Source: Endomicrobiia bacterium
GTDB taxonomy: Bacteria; Elusimicrobiota; Endomicrobiia; DTEH01
Length of the DNA stretch: 64,000 bases
Direction: 5' to 3'
Assembly (NCBI GenBank): GCA_039630545.1
Contig: JBCNUU010000003.1
Span: 130,679 to 194,678 of the forward strand
The position numbers were made by a program, and so were the translations under genes. The stretch's first letter is position 1; the number at the start of each line of letters is the position of its first letter. This document shows positions 10,280-19,964 of the stretch, piece by piece. A model generated the notes under the pieces. It saw only the letters and a program-made list of their open reading frames with translations. It searched no databases and had not been told where the DNA came from.

Positions 10280-11375
10280 TATCTAAAAAATTTGATAGTT
10301 TTTTTAGAATATAAAATTTTTGTTTGTCATCTATTTTTGATTTTTCTACTAAACAGGTGAATAAACTCAATGTTTCATCGTAATGTTTTTTGTCTATAGG
10401 ATAAGGGTGTCCGTCTTTTCCACCAAAAGCAAATGAAAATCTTGCTGGATCCTGAGTGGAGACAGGATATCCATATATTACCTCAGATATTAAACCTAAA
10501 GCTCTCAAAGTTTTAGCTCCAACTCCTTCTACTGATATTAGATTTTTGAATGTGGTAATCTCTGTATCTTTAATTTTTGTAAATATTTTATAAAGTTTTT
10601 TGTAATCAAAATCTTCAGTTTTTATGTAATGCCTTTGAGGCAAAAATAAATCAGGTTGAGATTTTGAATTGACGATTTTTTGCAATTCTTTTATGATGTT
10701 TTCGGGTTTTTGTAAAGTTGTATATTCAAGTATGCTGTTTTGGAGTGGTTCTGCATCTTTATTTACAAAATTTAAAATTTTAGCTTCTTTTTTATCAGAA
10801 ATAATTCCTGTGTGAGGAGAAATAATAAACTTTTCAGAGCCAGTTGTTGTGATTTTGTTAAACCAGTGGTATCTTCTTGCGTATCCTGTGTTTGTGTTCA
10901 TTCCCTGTTGAATCACACACCAGTTGCCATGTTTGTCTACAAAAATTGTATGATGATAAAGTTGATATCCATCTTGAATACAACAGTTGTCTACCTTTGC
11001 TGTTAGTTTTGATAAAGCGATGAAAATTTCATTTTCAGATAAGTGTTTGCATTGCATGATTTCTTTTGGAGTATTTATTGCTGTTTTGCCTTTCCCCCCA
11101 AATATATATATACCATATTCAGGATAAGCTCTAAAAGCCTCTTTTATAGCAGCAGTTACTGTAGTTGTGACACCACTTGAATGCCAGTCAAATCCAGATA
11201 TACATCCTAGAACTTGAAACCATACAGGATCAGAAAGTCGTTTGAGTAATTCTTGGCTACCATACTCTGTTATTACTACCTTACAAATCTCAAATAAAAG
11301 TTTTTTTTGTCTTTCAAATAGCCATCTAGGAGCTTTTCCTGTGTGTAGGGGTAGATCAGCAGTTTTATATTTCAT
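10257..11375 (-). CDS. DUF763 domain protein
   Basis: ADLPLHxGKAPxWL, GFDWHSSGVTT, LTAKVDN..IQDGYQLYHH, ARRYHW, DPARFSFAFGGKDGHPYP motifs. Confidence 0.9.
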   Translation of the reverse strand: MKYKTADLPLHTGKAPRWLFERQKKLLFEICKVVITEYGSQELLKRLSDPVWFQVLGCISGFDWHSSGVTTTVTAAIKEAFRAYPEYGIYIFGGKGKTAINTPKEIMQCKHLSENEIFIALSKLTAKVDNCCIQDGYQLYHHTIFVDKHGNWCVIQQGMNTNTGYARRYHWFNKITTTGSEKFIISPHTGIISDKKEAKILNFVNKDAEPLQNSILEYTTLQKPENIIKELQKIVNSKSQPDLFLPQRHYIKTEDFDYKKLYKIFTKIKDTEITTFKNLISVEGVGAKTLRALGLISEVIYGYPVSTQDPARFSFAFGGKDGHPYPIDKKHYDETLSLFTCLVEKSKIDDKQKFYILKKLSNFLDNENSILS

Positions 11376-12333
11376 CTGTTAGAGTTGATATTTGTGGTAA
11401 AGTTTTTATTTTTAAATTACAGTCATCCCATATATAGTCAAATTCAAATGATAGAAATACTTTTTTAATAAATTCTTTGCTTAAATTTTCTATAAAATTT
11501 ATAAGGCTTCTGTAAATAGTTACTCTTATAGGTCTTGAATATCTAAATTTGCCGTCACTACACAAAATCATTTCTGGAAAACACAGTTTGCTTTTTTTTT
11601 CTTTTAAAAATTTAAACTGTGTTTTTGTTAATCTTAATGTTGAAATAGATATAGAATGAAGATTTTTGGCTTCTATAGATGCTAATGCTTGAGCTATTAT
11701 TTTTTTATATTCTTCAATAGTATTAAAAACTGACTCTACAAGAGTTTGATATGTTATGTCAAAGACTGGATAAATAATAATGGGTTCTAATCTTAAACCT
11801 ATAAGAAATCCAATTTTTTGAGCATACCATAAAGCTCTTATTCTTTCTTCTAAATTTAAAGTTTTATCTTCAAAGTTATTAATTATTATTTTTGGGGATA
11901 AGGTTACACCATATACGATTTTTATGTTATCATATAAAATTTCCTTGTTTTGCAATTCAAATATATTTGCAGTTTTTGTTCTTAATTCAACAAAACATTT
12001 TTTAGAATAAAACTTTGCTTTTTGAGAAATTATTAAACAGCATTTACTGAAAACTTCGATGTGTTTTTTAGTTAAAAAAGAGTCTGTAGTTTCTCCGAAG
12101 TTGAAATAGAAAACTTTCTTATTGGAATTTTTAAATAATTCTTCTGTTTCTGTTGCAAAATTTTCTATGTTCTCATAAATAACAGGTTTTGTTGAAATTT
12201 TTGAAAATTTCAAGTAACAGTACTCACAGTTAAAATTGCAGGTCTCCGCAAAAGATACAACAAACTCCTCTAAATCTATGACGTTTTTACCGTATAGATA
12301 TTTTGAAATAAAACCTTTTTTTCTTAAATGCAT
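11365..12333 (-). CDS. Spore photoproduct lyase-like radical SAM protein
   Basis: CNFNCEYCYL, GETTDS, ELRTK, ERIxA, LxPII and DGKFRY motifs of the SPL-like family. Confidence 0.8.
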   Translation of the reverse strand: MHLRKKGFISKYLYGKNVIDLEEFVVSFAETCNFNCEYCYLKFSKISTKPVIYENIENFATETEELFKNSNKKVFYFNFGETTDSFLTKKHIEVFSKCCLIISQKAKFYSKKCFVELRTKTANIFELQNKEILYDNIKIVYGVTLSPKIIINNFEDKTLNLEERIRALWYAQKIGFLIGLRLEPIIIYPVFDITYQTLVESVFNTIEEYKKIIAQALASIEAKNLHSISISTLRLTKTQFKFLKEKKSKLCFPEMILCSDGKFRYSRPIRVTIYRSLINFIENLSKEFIKKVFLSFEFDYIWDDCNLKIKTLPQISTLTDEI

Positions 12334-12336
12334 AAT

Positions 12337-12690
12337 TTATAAAGTTGTAAGAATATTCTTTATCGTTGAGAGATGTTTATGGATGTTTCTTTTTTGTGTT
12401 ATAACATGTTTTAAGTTTACTTCTAAATCAAATATTTTAAATTTTTTAAGTTGATTCAGTTTTTTTGAAGTTATTGGATATCGCAGCTGATAAGTTTTTC
12501 TAAAAAATAACTCGCCATTTTTTATTCTATCTTTTGAAGATAAAATAGAAGTTTCAAAGTTATATTTGAAGATTTTATCAACTTCTTTTTTGAAAATAGA
12601 AAGTATTTCGTAGGTTTCTTTAATAAAAATCTTCTGCGAATGAGTAAGATGAAGTTTTTCTGAGTTAAAGATTTCTGATAGGATGTTCAT
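12337..12690 (-). CDS. Hypothetical basic protein (117 aa)
   Basis: ATG at 12690 overlaps the TGA of the upstream permease (ATGA); stop lies 3 nt before the SPL-like ATG. Confidence 0.6.
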   Translation of the reverse strand: MNILSEIFNSEKLHLTHSQKIFIKETYEILSIFKKEVDKIFKYNFETSILSSKDRIKNGELFFRKTYQLRYPITSKKLNQLKKFKIFDLEVNLKHVITQKRNIHKHLSTIKNILTTL

Positions 12691-14063
12691 CTTAAAAATA
12701 TGATTGAAAATATGAAAGAGATAACCATTGTTAAAATTCCTACAGGAAAACCTATCTTTAGCCATTGAAAGAAGTTAATTTTAATATTGTAGTTTTTTTC
12801 AAGAAGGCCTAAGGCAATAATATTTGCGGTAGAACCTATCATGGTGATATTTCCTCCGAAACAACCACCCCAGAGTATAATCCACCAGAAAGAGGAATTG
12901 TTAATGATTAATTTTTTAAGGCTGTTTACTATTGGGATATAAGAAGCTACAACAACTACATTGTCTAAAACACTGGATAGCAATCCTGAAGAGAAAAGTA
13001 ACCAAAAAGAAAGAAAATTTTTGTTATTACTTATGCTTAAAATTTTCTGTGCGATTTTTTCTGCTATGCCAGAAGATTGTATAACTCCTGCCTGTGCAAA
13101 AAGGAATAAGAAAAATAACAGAGAATTCCATTCAACTTCTTTTTCAATATATTTTTTTGATTGTTCTTTATTTATTATTAAAACCAGACCAGCCACTATT
13201 ATAGGTAGTATAATTAGAATTGTGTTTTCCTCTAAGTTTAAAAACACTTCGATTCTTCTGTGAAAAGCAATTAAAATAACAGTAATTAAAAAAATGATAC
13301 TACTTATTCTGGCTTTTTTATTCATCGGTGTAGATATAAGACACATAAAAAATGTGTTTTCCAGATGAGGTTTAAGTTTTTCAGAAATTTCCTTTATATA
13401 TTTTCTGTAAAACCAGGATAATATAACTACAGTTGTAACTAAACAGATAAGTGTGACGGGCATAGAGTTAAATATAAAATCTTCAAAAGAAAGTTTTCCT
13501 CTTAATGCTATAAGCACTCCAATTGGATTTCCTAAAACAGTAGTGGCAGATCCTATATTTGTTGTAATTATGCAGGATAAAAGAAGTGGAATTGGTGAAA
13601 CTTCAAGAAAATTACATAAAGAAAAAATTATTGTTGAAACAAACATAATAGAGGTGACTTCATCCATTAAACCAGAAAGAACATAAGATATAACTAATAA
13701 CGAAACAAATACTTTTATTCCGTTTAGATTTTTTAGGCATAGTATTTTTGTAGTTATATAATAAAAAACGCCAGCTTCTTTCAACATTGCTAAAATAATC
13801 ATCATACCAACTAAAAACCAGATTACATCAAGTGAAGCGTACTTTACAAAATGTTCTAAATCAGTCATGTGAAGAATAAGCATTATCCCACTTCCTATAA
13901 ATACAAATCCTACTCTAAATTCCCAAAAAAACAATGTCCCTAAAATTGATAAAGAAAAAATGCTTAAAATTAAAGATTGCTGTAAAGAAAAGCTGAATAG
14001 ATTATAGGAAAGAAAACCTACTAGTATAGATAAAAAAATCAAAAATAATATTTTTTCTTTCAT
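12687..14063 (-). CDS. ArsB/NhaD (SLC13/IT superfamily) permease
   Basis: SGLMDEVT, TNIGSATTVLGNP, SSVLDNV, GGNITMIGSTANI motifs; ATG at 14063 (MKEKILF). Confidence 0.88.
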   Translation of the reverse strand: MKEKILFLIFLSILVGFLSYNLFSFSLQQSLILSIFSLSILGTLFFWEFRVGFVFIGSGIMLILHMTDLEHFVKYASLDVIWFLVGMMIILAMLKEAGVFYYITTKILCLKNLNGIKVFVSLLVISYVLSGLMDEVTSIMFVSTIIFSLCNFLEVSPIPLLLSCIITTNIGSATTVLGNPIGVLIALRGKLSFEDFIFNSMPVTLICLVTTVVILSWFYRKYIKEISEKLKPHLENTFFMCLISTPMNKKARISSIIFLITVILIAFHRRIEVFLNLEENTILIILPIIVAGLVLIINKEQSKKYIEKEVEWNSLLFFLFLFAQAGVIQSSGIAEKIAQKILSISNNKNFLSFWLLFSSGLLSSVLDNVVVVASYIPIVNSLKKLIINNSSFWWIILWGGCFGGNITMIGSTANIIALGLLEKNYNIKINFFQWLKIGFPVGILTMVISFIFSIIFLR

Positions 14064-14117
14064 TAAAGATTGAATTATATAAAAATTTATAATAAAATTC
14101 AACAAAATTTAAAAGTT

Positions 14118-14540
14118 ATGAATAAAACGAAGAAGATTTTAGCGTGGTTTTATGTTGTAAACTGGTGCGGAATTATTTTTTTTCTTTCAAGTATTCCTGA
14201 ATTGAAAATAGAAGAGCTTGGATTGTGGGATTTAATTTTAAGAAAAATAGCACATCTTATAGAATATTTAATCTTATCAGTTTTGGTTTCCAATGCTCTG
14301 TTTGTCTCTTTTAATATGAAGTTTTTAAATTCGTGTCTTTTTAGTTTTGTTTTCAGTGTGATATATGCTATATCAGATGAAATACACCAATACTTTGTGC
14401 CTGGAAGACATTTTTCTTTATTGGATGTGTTTATAGACACAATGGGAATTATTTTTGGTATAATTTTATGGATAAAGTTTTTAAGATATAGAATATATAA
14501 AAATCATATAAATCTTGAAAATAAAAATTTAGTTTTGTAA
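14118..14540 (+). CDS. VanZ-like family membrane protein
   Basis: IFFLSS, RKIAHLIEY, YAISDEIHQYFVPGR, DVFIDTMG motifs; ATG at 14118. Confidence 0.9.
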   Translation: MNKTKKILAWFYVVNWCGIIFFLSSIPELKIEELGLWDLILRKIAHLIEYLILSVLVSNALFVSFNMKFLNSCLFSFVFSVIYAISDEIHQYFVPGRHFSLLDVFIDTMGIIFGIILWIKFLRYRIYKNHINLENKNLVL

Positions 14541-14553
14541 ATAGTTTTGTAAA
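14530..14553. repeat. Perfect 12-nt tandem duplication (TAGTTTTGTAAA x2)
   Basis: Copies at 14530-14541 and 14542-14553, directly upstream of tRNA-Asn. Confidence 0.85.
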
Positions 14554-14566
14554 ATAACAAAACAAT

Positions 14567-14639
14567 TCCGCGGTAGCTCAATCGGTGGAGCGTCCGGCTG
14601 TTAACCGGATGGTTGCTGGTTCGAGTCCAGCCCGCGGAG
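14567..14639 (+). tRNA. tRNA-Asn (GTT), CCA not encoded
   Basis: Acceptor TCCGCGG/CCGCGGA, D-arm TAGCTCAATCGGTGGAGC, anticodon arm TCCGG-CTGTTAA-CCGGA, T-loop GGTTCGAGTCC. Confidence 0.97.
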
Positions 14640-14677
14640 TTTTTTATAAACAATTTCGGTAATTTGTGGAGGAAAAA

Positions 14678-15019
14678 ATGAATAGATATTATGAAACAGT
14701 TATAATATTTTCGCCCACCATAAAAGAAGAAAAAATGAAATCAGATATAGAAAGAGTAAAAAATATTATCGTCAATTGTGGAGGTAATGTTATAAAAGAA
14801 GAAAATTGGGGTAGAAAAAAACTTGCATATGAAATTAAAAAATTTGAAGAAGGTATTTATTATTTTATCTTTTGTGAAGTAGAAAAAACATCTTTCCCTG
14901 AAGAACTTAAGAAGTTCTTTGCTACTAACGAGAATGTGATTAGATATGGAATTAAAAAAATAGAAAAACCTAAAAAGAAATTAGAATCAAAAGATATAGA
15001 GGTATCCAGAGTAATTTAA
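14678..15019 (+). CDS. rpsF: 30S ribosomal protein S6
   Basis: YETVIIF, WGRKKLAYEIKK, EGIYY motifs; GGAGG SD before ATG at 14678. Confidence 0.95.
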   Translation: MNRYYETVIIFSPTIKEEKMKSDIERVKNIIVNCGGNVIKEENWGRKKLAYEIKKFEEGIYYFIFCEVEKTSFPEELKKFFATNENVIRYGIKKIEKPKKKLESKDIEVSRVI

Positions 15020-15024
15020 TTTGA

Positions 15025-15360
15025 ATGGTTAATGCTTTCAAGGAAGAAAATAAGGTTTATCTATCAGGAAGGTTAACTCAAGATACTTCATTAAAATATA
15101 CCAAAACAAAAACTCCGGTTTTAAGATTTACAATAGCTGTTAATACATATATTAAAAATAAAAAAGAAACTCTTTTTATTCCAGTAGTAGCATATGGAGA
15201 ATTAGCACTAGAAGTATCTTCTTTCGTAAAACAAGGGACTCCTGTGAGAATAGAAGGTCGTCTTGTAAATCGGATAGTAAAAATAAATAATGAAGAACAT
15301 AAGTTTATAGAAGTAATAGCAAACAAAATAGAGGTTTATTCAAAACCAAAGGAGGAATAA
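15025..15360 (+). CDS. ssb: Single-stranded DNA-binding protein, OB fold only (no acidic tail)
   Basis: [31 protein letters not shown]; follows rpsF. Confidence 0.85.
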   Translation: MVNAFKEENKVYLSGRLTQDTSLKYTKTKTPVLRFTIAVNTYIKNKKETLFIPVVAYGELALEVSSFVKQGTPVRIEGRLVNRIVKINNEEHKFIEVIANKIEVYSKPKEE

Positions 15361-15362
15361 AT

Positions 15363-16361
15363 ATGGTAAAAATCTACTACGATAAAGATGTAGATTTAGA
15401 GATACTAAAAGATAAAGTTGTAGGTATTATTGGATACGGAATTCAGGGTAGAGGACAAAGTTTATGTTTGAGAGAGTCAAAAATTAAGGTTCTTATTGCT
15501 GAACTTGAGGGAACACAAAATTATCTTCAAGCAAAACAGGATGGTTTTGAAGTTTATTCTGCAGATGAAGTTGCAAAACAGGCAGATATAATTCAAATTC
15601 TAACACAGGATCATGTGCAAGCAGAAGTTTATAAAAAATCTATACAAAAGCATCTTAAATCAGGAAAAGCTCTTTGTTTCTCTCATGGATTTAATATCCA
15701 CTTTAAACAGATAAAGCCTCCTAAAAATGTTGATGTTTTTATGGTAGCACCAAAAGGACCTGGTGCACTGGTATGGGAGATGTATCAAAAAGGAGCAGGT
15801 GTTCCTGCGTTAATAGCTGTGTATCAAGATGCTTCAGGGAAAGCAAAACAGCTAGCTTTAGCATATGCAAAAGCAATAGGTGCCACTAAAGCAGGAGTTA
15901 TTGAAACAACCTTTAAAGAAGAAACAGAAACAGATTTATTTGGTGAACAAGTGGTTTTGTGTGGTGGAGTTAGTGCTCTTATACATGCTGGCTTTGAGAC
16001 GCTTGTTGAAGCAGGTTATCAGCCAGAAATAGCTTACTTTGAGGTCTTACATGAACTTAAGCTTATTACTGATCTTATTCAACAGTATGGTATTTCTGGT
16101 ATGAGAAGAAGAGTTTCAAATACAGCCTGTTATGGAGATCTCACTCGTGGTCCAAGAGTAATAGACGCTAGAGTAAGAAAGACAATGAAAAAGATATTAA
16201 GAGAAATTCAATCAGGGAAATTTGCTAGGGAATGGATTAAAGAAAACAAAACAGGTAGAAAAAAATTTAATCAACTGCTAGCAAAAGGAGACCAACATCC
16301 TATTGAAGAGGTTGGAAGAAGATTAAGAGAAATGATGCCATGGATGAAAGAAAAAAGTTAA
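15363..16361 (+). CDS. ilvC: Ketol-acid reductoisomerase
   Basis: [40 protein letters not shown] motifs. Confidence 0.97.
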   Translation: MVKIYYDKDVDLEILKDKVVGIIGYGIQGRGQSLCLRESKIKVLIAELEGTQNYLQAKQDGFEVYSADEVAKQADIIQILTQDHVQAEVYKKSIQKHLKSGKALCFSHGFNIHFKQIKPPKNVDVFMVAPKGPGALVWEMYQKGAGVPALIAVYQDASGKAKQLALAYAKAIGATKAGVIETTFKEETETDLFGEQVVLCGGVSALIHAGFETLVEAGYQPEIAYFEVLHELKLITDLIQQYGISGMRRRVSNTACYGDLTRGPRVIDARVRKTMKKILREIQSGKFAREWIKENKTGRKKFNQLLAKGDQHPIEEVGRRLREMMPWMKEKS

Positions 16362-16364
16362 AAA

Positions 16365-16997
16365 ATGCTCAAAGAAGCTAGAGGTTTAGTTTTTATCTTT
16401 TGCTGTATAAGTTTAGTTTTTTTTACCTTAAGTTTTTTTTTAAACAAGATCTTTAATGTTTTTTCTGCTATTTTTGCGGTTGTAACTCTTCTTTTAATCT
16501 ATTTTTTTAGAGATCCTCTAAGAGATATAAAAATAAACAAAAATGTTCTTTACTCACCTGCAGATGGTAGAATATTTGATATTACAGAAAATGAAAACTT
16601 TTATTGTGTAAGAATTTTTATGTCAATTTTTGATGTACATGTTCAGAGAGCTCCTGTTTCTGGAGTTATTAAAAGAATAGAGTATAAAAAGGGAAAATTT
16701 AGTTTAGCGCATAAAACAGAAGCAGGTTTTATAAATGAAAGAAATTTAATAGAAATTTATATTCCTGAAGTTAATGTGACTGTAAAAATAACCCAGGTAG
16801 CAGGAGCTATCGCAAGAAGAATAGTTTGTTGGGTAAAAGAAGACTTTGCAGTAAGACAGGGACAAAAAATTGGTGCAATTTTGCTAGGTTCACAGGTAAG
16901 TTTCGAATTCCCTAAAATTTATAAACTTTTGGTAACAAAAAATCAAAAAGTTTTTGCAGGAATTTCAGCTGTAGCTGTTTTAAGTAAACCGGAATAG
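16365..16997 (+). CDS. psd: Phosphatidylserine decarboxylase proenzyme
   Basis: FFRDP, SPADG, IFMSIFDVHVQRAP, NERN, AGAIARRI and GS cleavage motif (LGSQV). Confidence 0.93.
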   Translation: MLKEARGLVFIFCCISLVFFTLSFFLNKIFNVFSAIFAVVTLLLIYFFRDPLRDIKINKNVLYSPADGRIFDITENENFYCVRIFMSIFDVHVQRAPVSGVIKRIEYKKGKFSLAHKTEAGFINERNLIEIYIPEVNVTVKITQVAGAIARRIVCWVKEDFAVRQGQKIGAILLGSQVSFEFPKIYKLLVTKNQKVFAGISAVAVLSKPE

Positions 16998-17005
16998 CAA
17001 AAGAC

Positions 17006-17800
17006 ATGTTTTCTGAAAATTTATATCTTTTCCCTATGATATTTACTGCGGGTAATATGTTTTGTGGATTGCTTTCAATTATATTGAGTATCAAAGGAAA
17101 CTTTTCTAAAGCTTCGTGGCTTATAATTTTAGGAATACTTTTTGATGGAGCAGATGGACTTATTGCAAAACTAAAAAAAGCTTCTTCTTCTGTGGGAGTA
17201 GAGTTAGACTCTTTTGCTGACTTTGTTACATTTTGCATAGCTCCTATGGTATTGGTTTGGCAGTTAGTTATGTATAGATATAAGTTTCCAGGAGCTGTAG
17301 TATGTTTTATATATGTTTTCTTTGGAGCTTTAAGACTAGCAAGATTTAATATAGTATCTCATAATTTAAAACAAACATTATATTGCAGTAAATTTATAGA
17401 AGGACTACCAACGCCAGCTGCTGCAGGAGTTGTGGTGTCTATTATGCTGCTATTTGAGGTCTCTTTAGGTCCTGATATATCTATTTCAAAAAGTCATCTA
17501 ACTTTTCTTATAGCGCTTATTCCTTGGTTGTTGAATTTTTTTCCAGCAATAATATTGTTTTTGGCTTTTTTGATGATCACTAAATTAAAATATCCAAAAG
17601 TAAATAATTTAAGATTAACTCAGAGAGTTTCGTTTAAATTTTTTAGTATAGTGCTTGTTTTAATTCTTCTGGTTTTTGCTTATCCTGAAACTTTTGTGTT
17701 TTTAGTGTTTTCTATGTATCTTCTTTATGGTTTAGTGGAATATTTGAGTAGAAGTTATAAAATCTTTAAAGAAAAAAGAATATCTAATGACACTAAGTAA
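17006..17800 (+). CDS. pssA: CDP-diacylglycerol--serine O-phosphatidyltransferase
   Basis: DGxDGxxA...GxxLDxxxD motif, ALRLARFN, GLPTPAAA; follows psd. Confidence 0.93.
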   Translation: MFSENLYLFPMIFTAGNMFCGLLSIILSIKGNFSKASWLIILGILFDGADGLIAKLKKASSSVGVELDSFADFVTFCIAPMVLVWQLVMYRYKFPGAVVCFIYVFFGALRLARFNIVSHNLKQTLYCSKFIEGLPTPAAAGVVVSIMLLFEVSLGPDISISKSHLTFLIALIPWLLNFFPAIILFLAFLMITKLKYPKVNNLRLTQRVSFKFFSIVLVLILLVFAYPETFVFLVFSMYLLYGLVEYLSRSYKIFKEKRISNDTK

Positions 17801-18422
17801 GTTAAAAAAAGAAATAATTGAGGTATCCAGATATTTAGTTATTAAAAACTATATTGATATTTTTGATGGAAATATTTCCTGTAGAATAAATAACAACCAG
17901 ATTCTTATTACCCCTAAAAGAAAAAACAAATACAAACTTTCCTTAGAAGATTTAGTAGTTATAGATTATGATGGAAAAAAAATACAAGGAAAAAATGAAC
18001 CATCCGGTGAATGGAGACTTCATTGTATGGTTTATAAAGAAAGACAGGATGTAAATTCTGTAGTGCATACTCATCCTTTATTTTCTGTAGCACTTTCTGT
18101 GGCAGGAATTTCTTTTAATAAACCTATTTTAGCTGAAACAGTTAGTTTTGTTGAAAATATAAAAGAGATAAAATATGTTTGTTTCTATACTGAGAAATTA
18201 GCAGAAAATATAAAAAGATTTGTTAAAACTTCAAATATCTTTTTGTTAAAAAATCACGGGTTAGTAACTTTAGGAAAAACATTAGATGAGGCTTTATTTT
18301 TTACAGAAAAAATTGAGCATTTAGCAAAAACTATTTTTGTTTTAAAAATGTTAAGAAAAAAAATAAAAAGGCTTTCTAATAAAGAAATTGAAGAGATAAA
18401 AAATTTAGTTTTAAAAACTTAA
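17787..18422 (+). CDS. Class II aldolase/adducin family protein (FucA/MtnB-like)
   Basis: GNISCR, PSGEWRLH, VVHTHP, LKNHG metal-binding motifs. Confidence 0.9.
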   Translation: MTLSKLKKEIIEVSRYLVIKNYIDIFDGNISCRINNNQILITPKRKNKYKLSLEDLVVIDYDGKKIQGKNEPSGEWRLHCMVYKERQDVNSVVHTHPLFSVALSVAGISFNKPILAETVSFVENIKEIKYVCFYTEKLAENIKRFVKTSNIFLLKNHGLVTLGKTLDEALFFTEKIEHLAKTIFVLKMLRKKIKRLSNKEIEEIKNLVLKT

Positions 18423-18440
18423 GGGAGGTGAAAAATCCTT

Positions 18441-19964
18441 ATGGAAAAAAAAGTTAGAGAAAGTTGGGGTTCAAAATTAGGTGTTGTATTAGCAGTTGCC
18501 GGTTCTGCTGTTGGGTTGGGTAATTTTTTGCGATTTCCTGTTCAGGCAGTAAAAAACGGTGGAGGTGTGTTTATGATTCCTTATATTATTTCTTTTCTTA
18601 TTCTGGGACTTCCTCTTATGTGGATAGAATGGACAGTAGGAAGATTTGGGGGTGGATTTGGACATGGAACTGCTCCTGGTGTTTTCCACACTATGTGGCA
18701 AAAAAACAGGTTTATAAAATATTTTGGTGTAATAGGGATATTTGGGCCTCTGGTTATTTTTATGTATTACACTTATATAGAATCATGGCTTTTAGGTTAT
18801 ACCTTTTTTAGTTTGACTCCAAAATATATTTCTTTATCTACTGCTCAACAGATCAAAGAATTTCTTAGTTGGTATAGAAACAGCTGGTATTCTTATTTGT
18901 TCTTTGTGATAACTTTTTCTTTAAATATCATAGTTGTTTACTTTGGGATAAAAAAAGGAATAGAAAAATTTTGTAATTGGGCTATGCCTGTGCTTTTAGG
19001 GCTTGCTATATTTTTAGTAATAAGAGTTTTAACTCTTAAAAGTTTTGATCCACAATTTCCAGAAAACAATCCTATAAAAGGACTTGAGTTCTTATGGAAT
19101 CCCGATTTTAGCAAACTTTTAGATCCTAAAGTATGGTTGGCAGCGGCAGGACAGATATTTTTTACACTTTCTGTTGGCATTGGTGTTATACTTACATATG
19201 CAAGTTATCTTAAAAAAACTGATGATGTAATTCTTTCAGGATTGGCTTCTTCTGCTACCAATGAGTTTGTAGAGGTAGTTCTTGGAGGTAGCATTGTAAT
19301 ACCTGCTGCTTTTACTTTTTTAGGTGCTCAGGCAGCAGTAGATATTGCAAAATATGGTGCTTTTGATTTAGGGTTTGTTACCATGCCTCTTATATTTAAA
19401 CAAATTCCATTTGGAACAATTTTTTCTTTCTGCTGGTTTTTGTTGTTATTTTTAGCGGGGATAACTTCTTCTGTCTCCTTAGCACAACCGTCAGTTGCAT
19501 TTTTAGAAGATGAATTTGATATACCAAAAAAAGACGCTGTGTTAATATATGGAGTTTTATCTTTTCTTCTGTGTCAACCATCTATATTTCTTTTAAAATA
19601 TGGAGTAGTAGATGAACTTGATTTTTGGGGAGGAACTTTCTGTCTTGTTTTGTTTGGTTGTATTGAGGCAATTTTGTTTTCTTGGGTGTTTGGAATAAAT
19701 AGAGCCTGGGATGAAATGCATTCCGGAGCACAGATGAAACTACCAAAAATATATAAATTTATAATAAAATATGTAACACCACTTGTTTTGATTGTTATTC
19801 TTGTAAGTTATTTAGCTACAGAAGGAATAAATGTTATTTTGCTTAAAAATGTGCCTCCTGAAAACTTACCTGTAGTTATATTTACGAGAATTTATCTTCT
19901 TACAATATTTGTAATACTTGCGGTGTTGGTAAGAGAAGCTTGGAGGAAAAGAAAACCTTTATAG
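18441..19964 (+). CDS. Sodium-dependent amino acid transporter, NSS family (LeuT-like)
   Basis: AVGLGNFLRFP, GGGxFMIPY, AAAGQIFFTLS, AGITSS, DELDFWGGT closely track Aquifex LeuT; SD GGAGGT. Confidence 0.93.
   Translation: MEKKVRESWGSKLGVVLAVAGSAVGLGNFLRFPVQAVKNGGGVFMIPYIISFLILGLPLMWIEWTVGRFGGGFGHGTAPGVFHTMWQKNRFIKYFGVIGIFGPLVIFMYYTYIESWLLGYTFFSLTPKYISLSTAQQIKEFLSWYRNSWYSYLFFVITFSLNIIVVYFGIKKGIEKFCNWAMPVLLGLAIFLVIRVLTLKSFDPQFPENNPIKGLEFLWNPDFSKLLDPKVWLAAAGQIFFTLSVGIGVILTYASYLKKTDDVILSGLASSATNEFVEVVLGGSIVIPAAFTFLGAQAAVDIAKYGAFDLGFVTMPLIFKQIPFGTIFSFCWFLLLFLAGITSSVSLAQPSVAFLEDEFDIPKKDAVLIYGVLSFLLCQPSIFLLKYGVVDELDFWGGTFCLVLFGCIEAILFSWVFGINRAWDEMHSGAQMKLPKIYKFIIKYVTPLVLIVILVSYLATEGINVILLKNVPPENLPVVIFTRIYLLTIFVILAVLVREAWRKRKPL

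Noticed and set aside
11365..12333. Sporulation inferred from the SPL-like gene
   Set aside because: SPL-like radical SAM proteins occur in many non-spore-formers, and no sporulation genes are present here.
12337..12339. Genome-wide stop-codon reassignment
   Set aside because: TAA, TAG and TGA each end conserved genes at their expected C-termini (e.g. clpB TAA, proA TAG, leuB TGA).
14118..14540. Glycopeptide resistance inferred from VanZ
   Set aside because: A stand-alone VanZ-like protein with no van cluster is widespread and not evidence of resistance.
14567..14680. tRNA genes as island integration sites
   Set aside because: Both tRNAs are flanked by housekeeping genes; no duplicated tRNA 3' end or integrase was seen.
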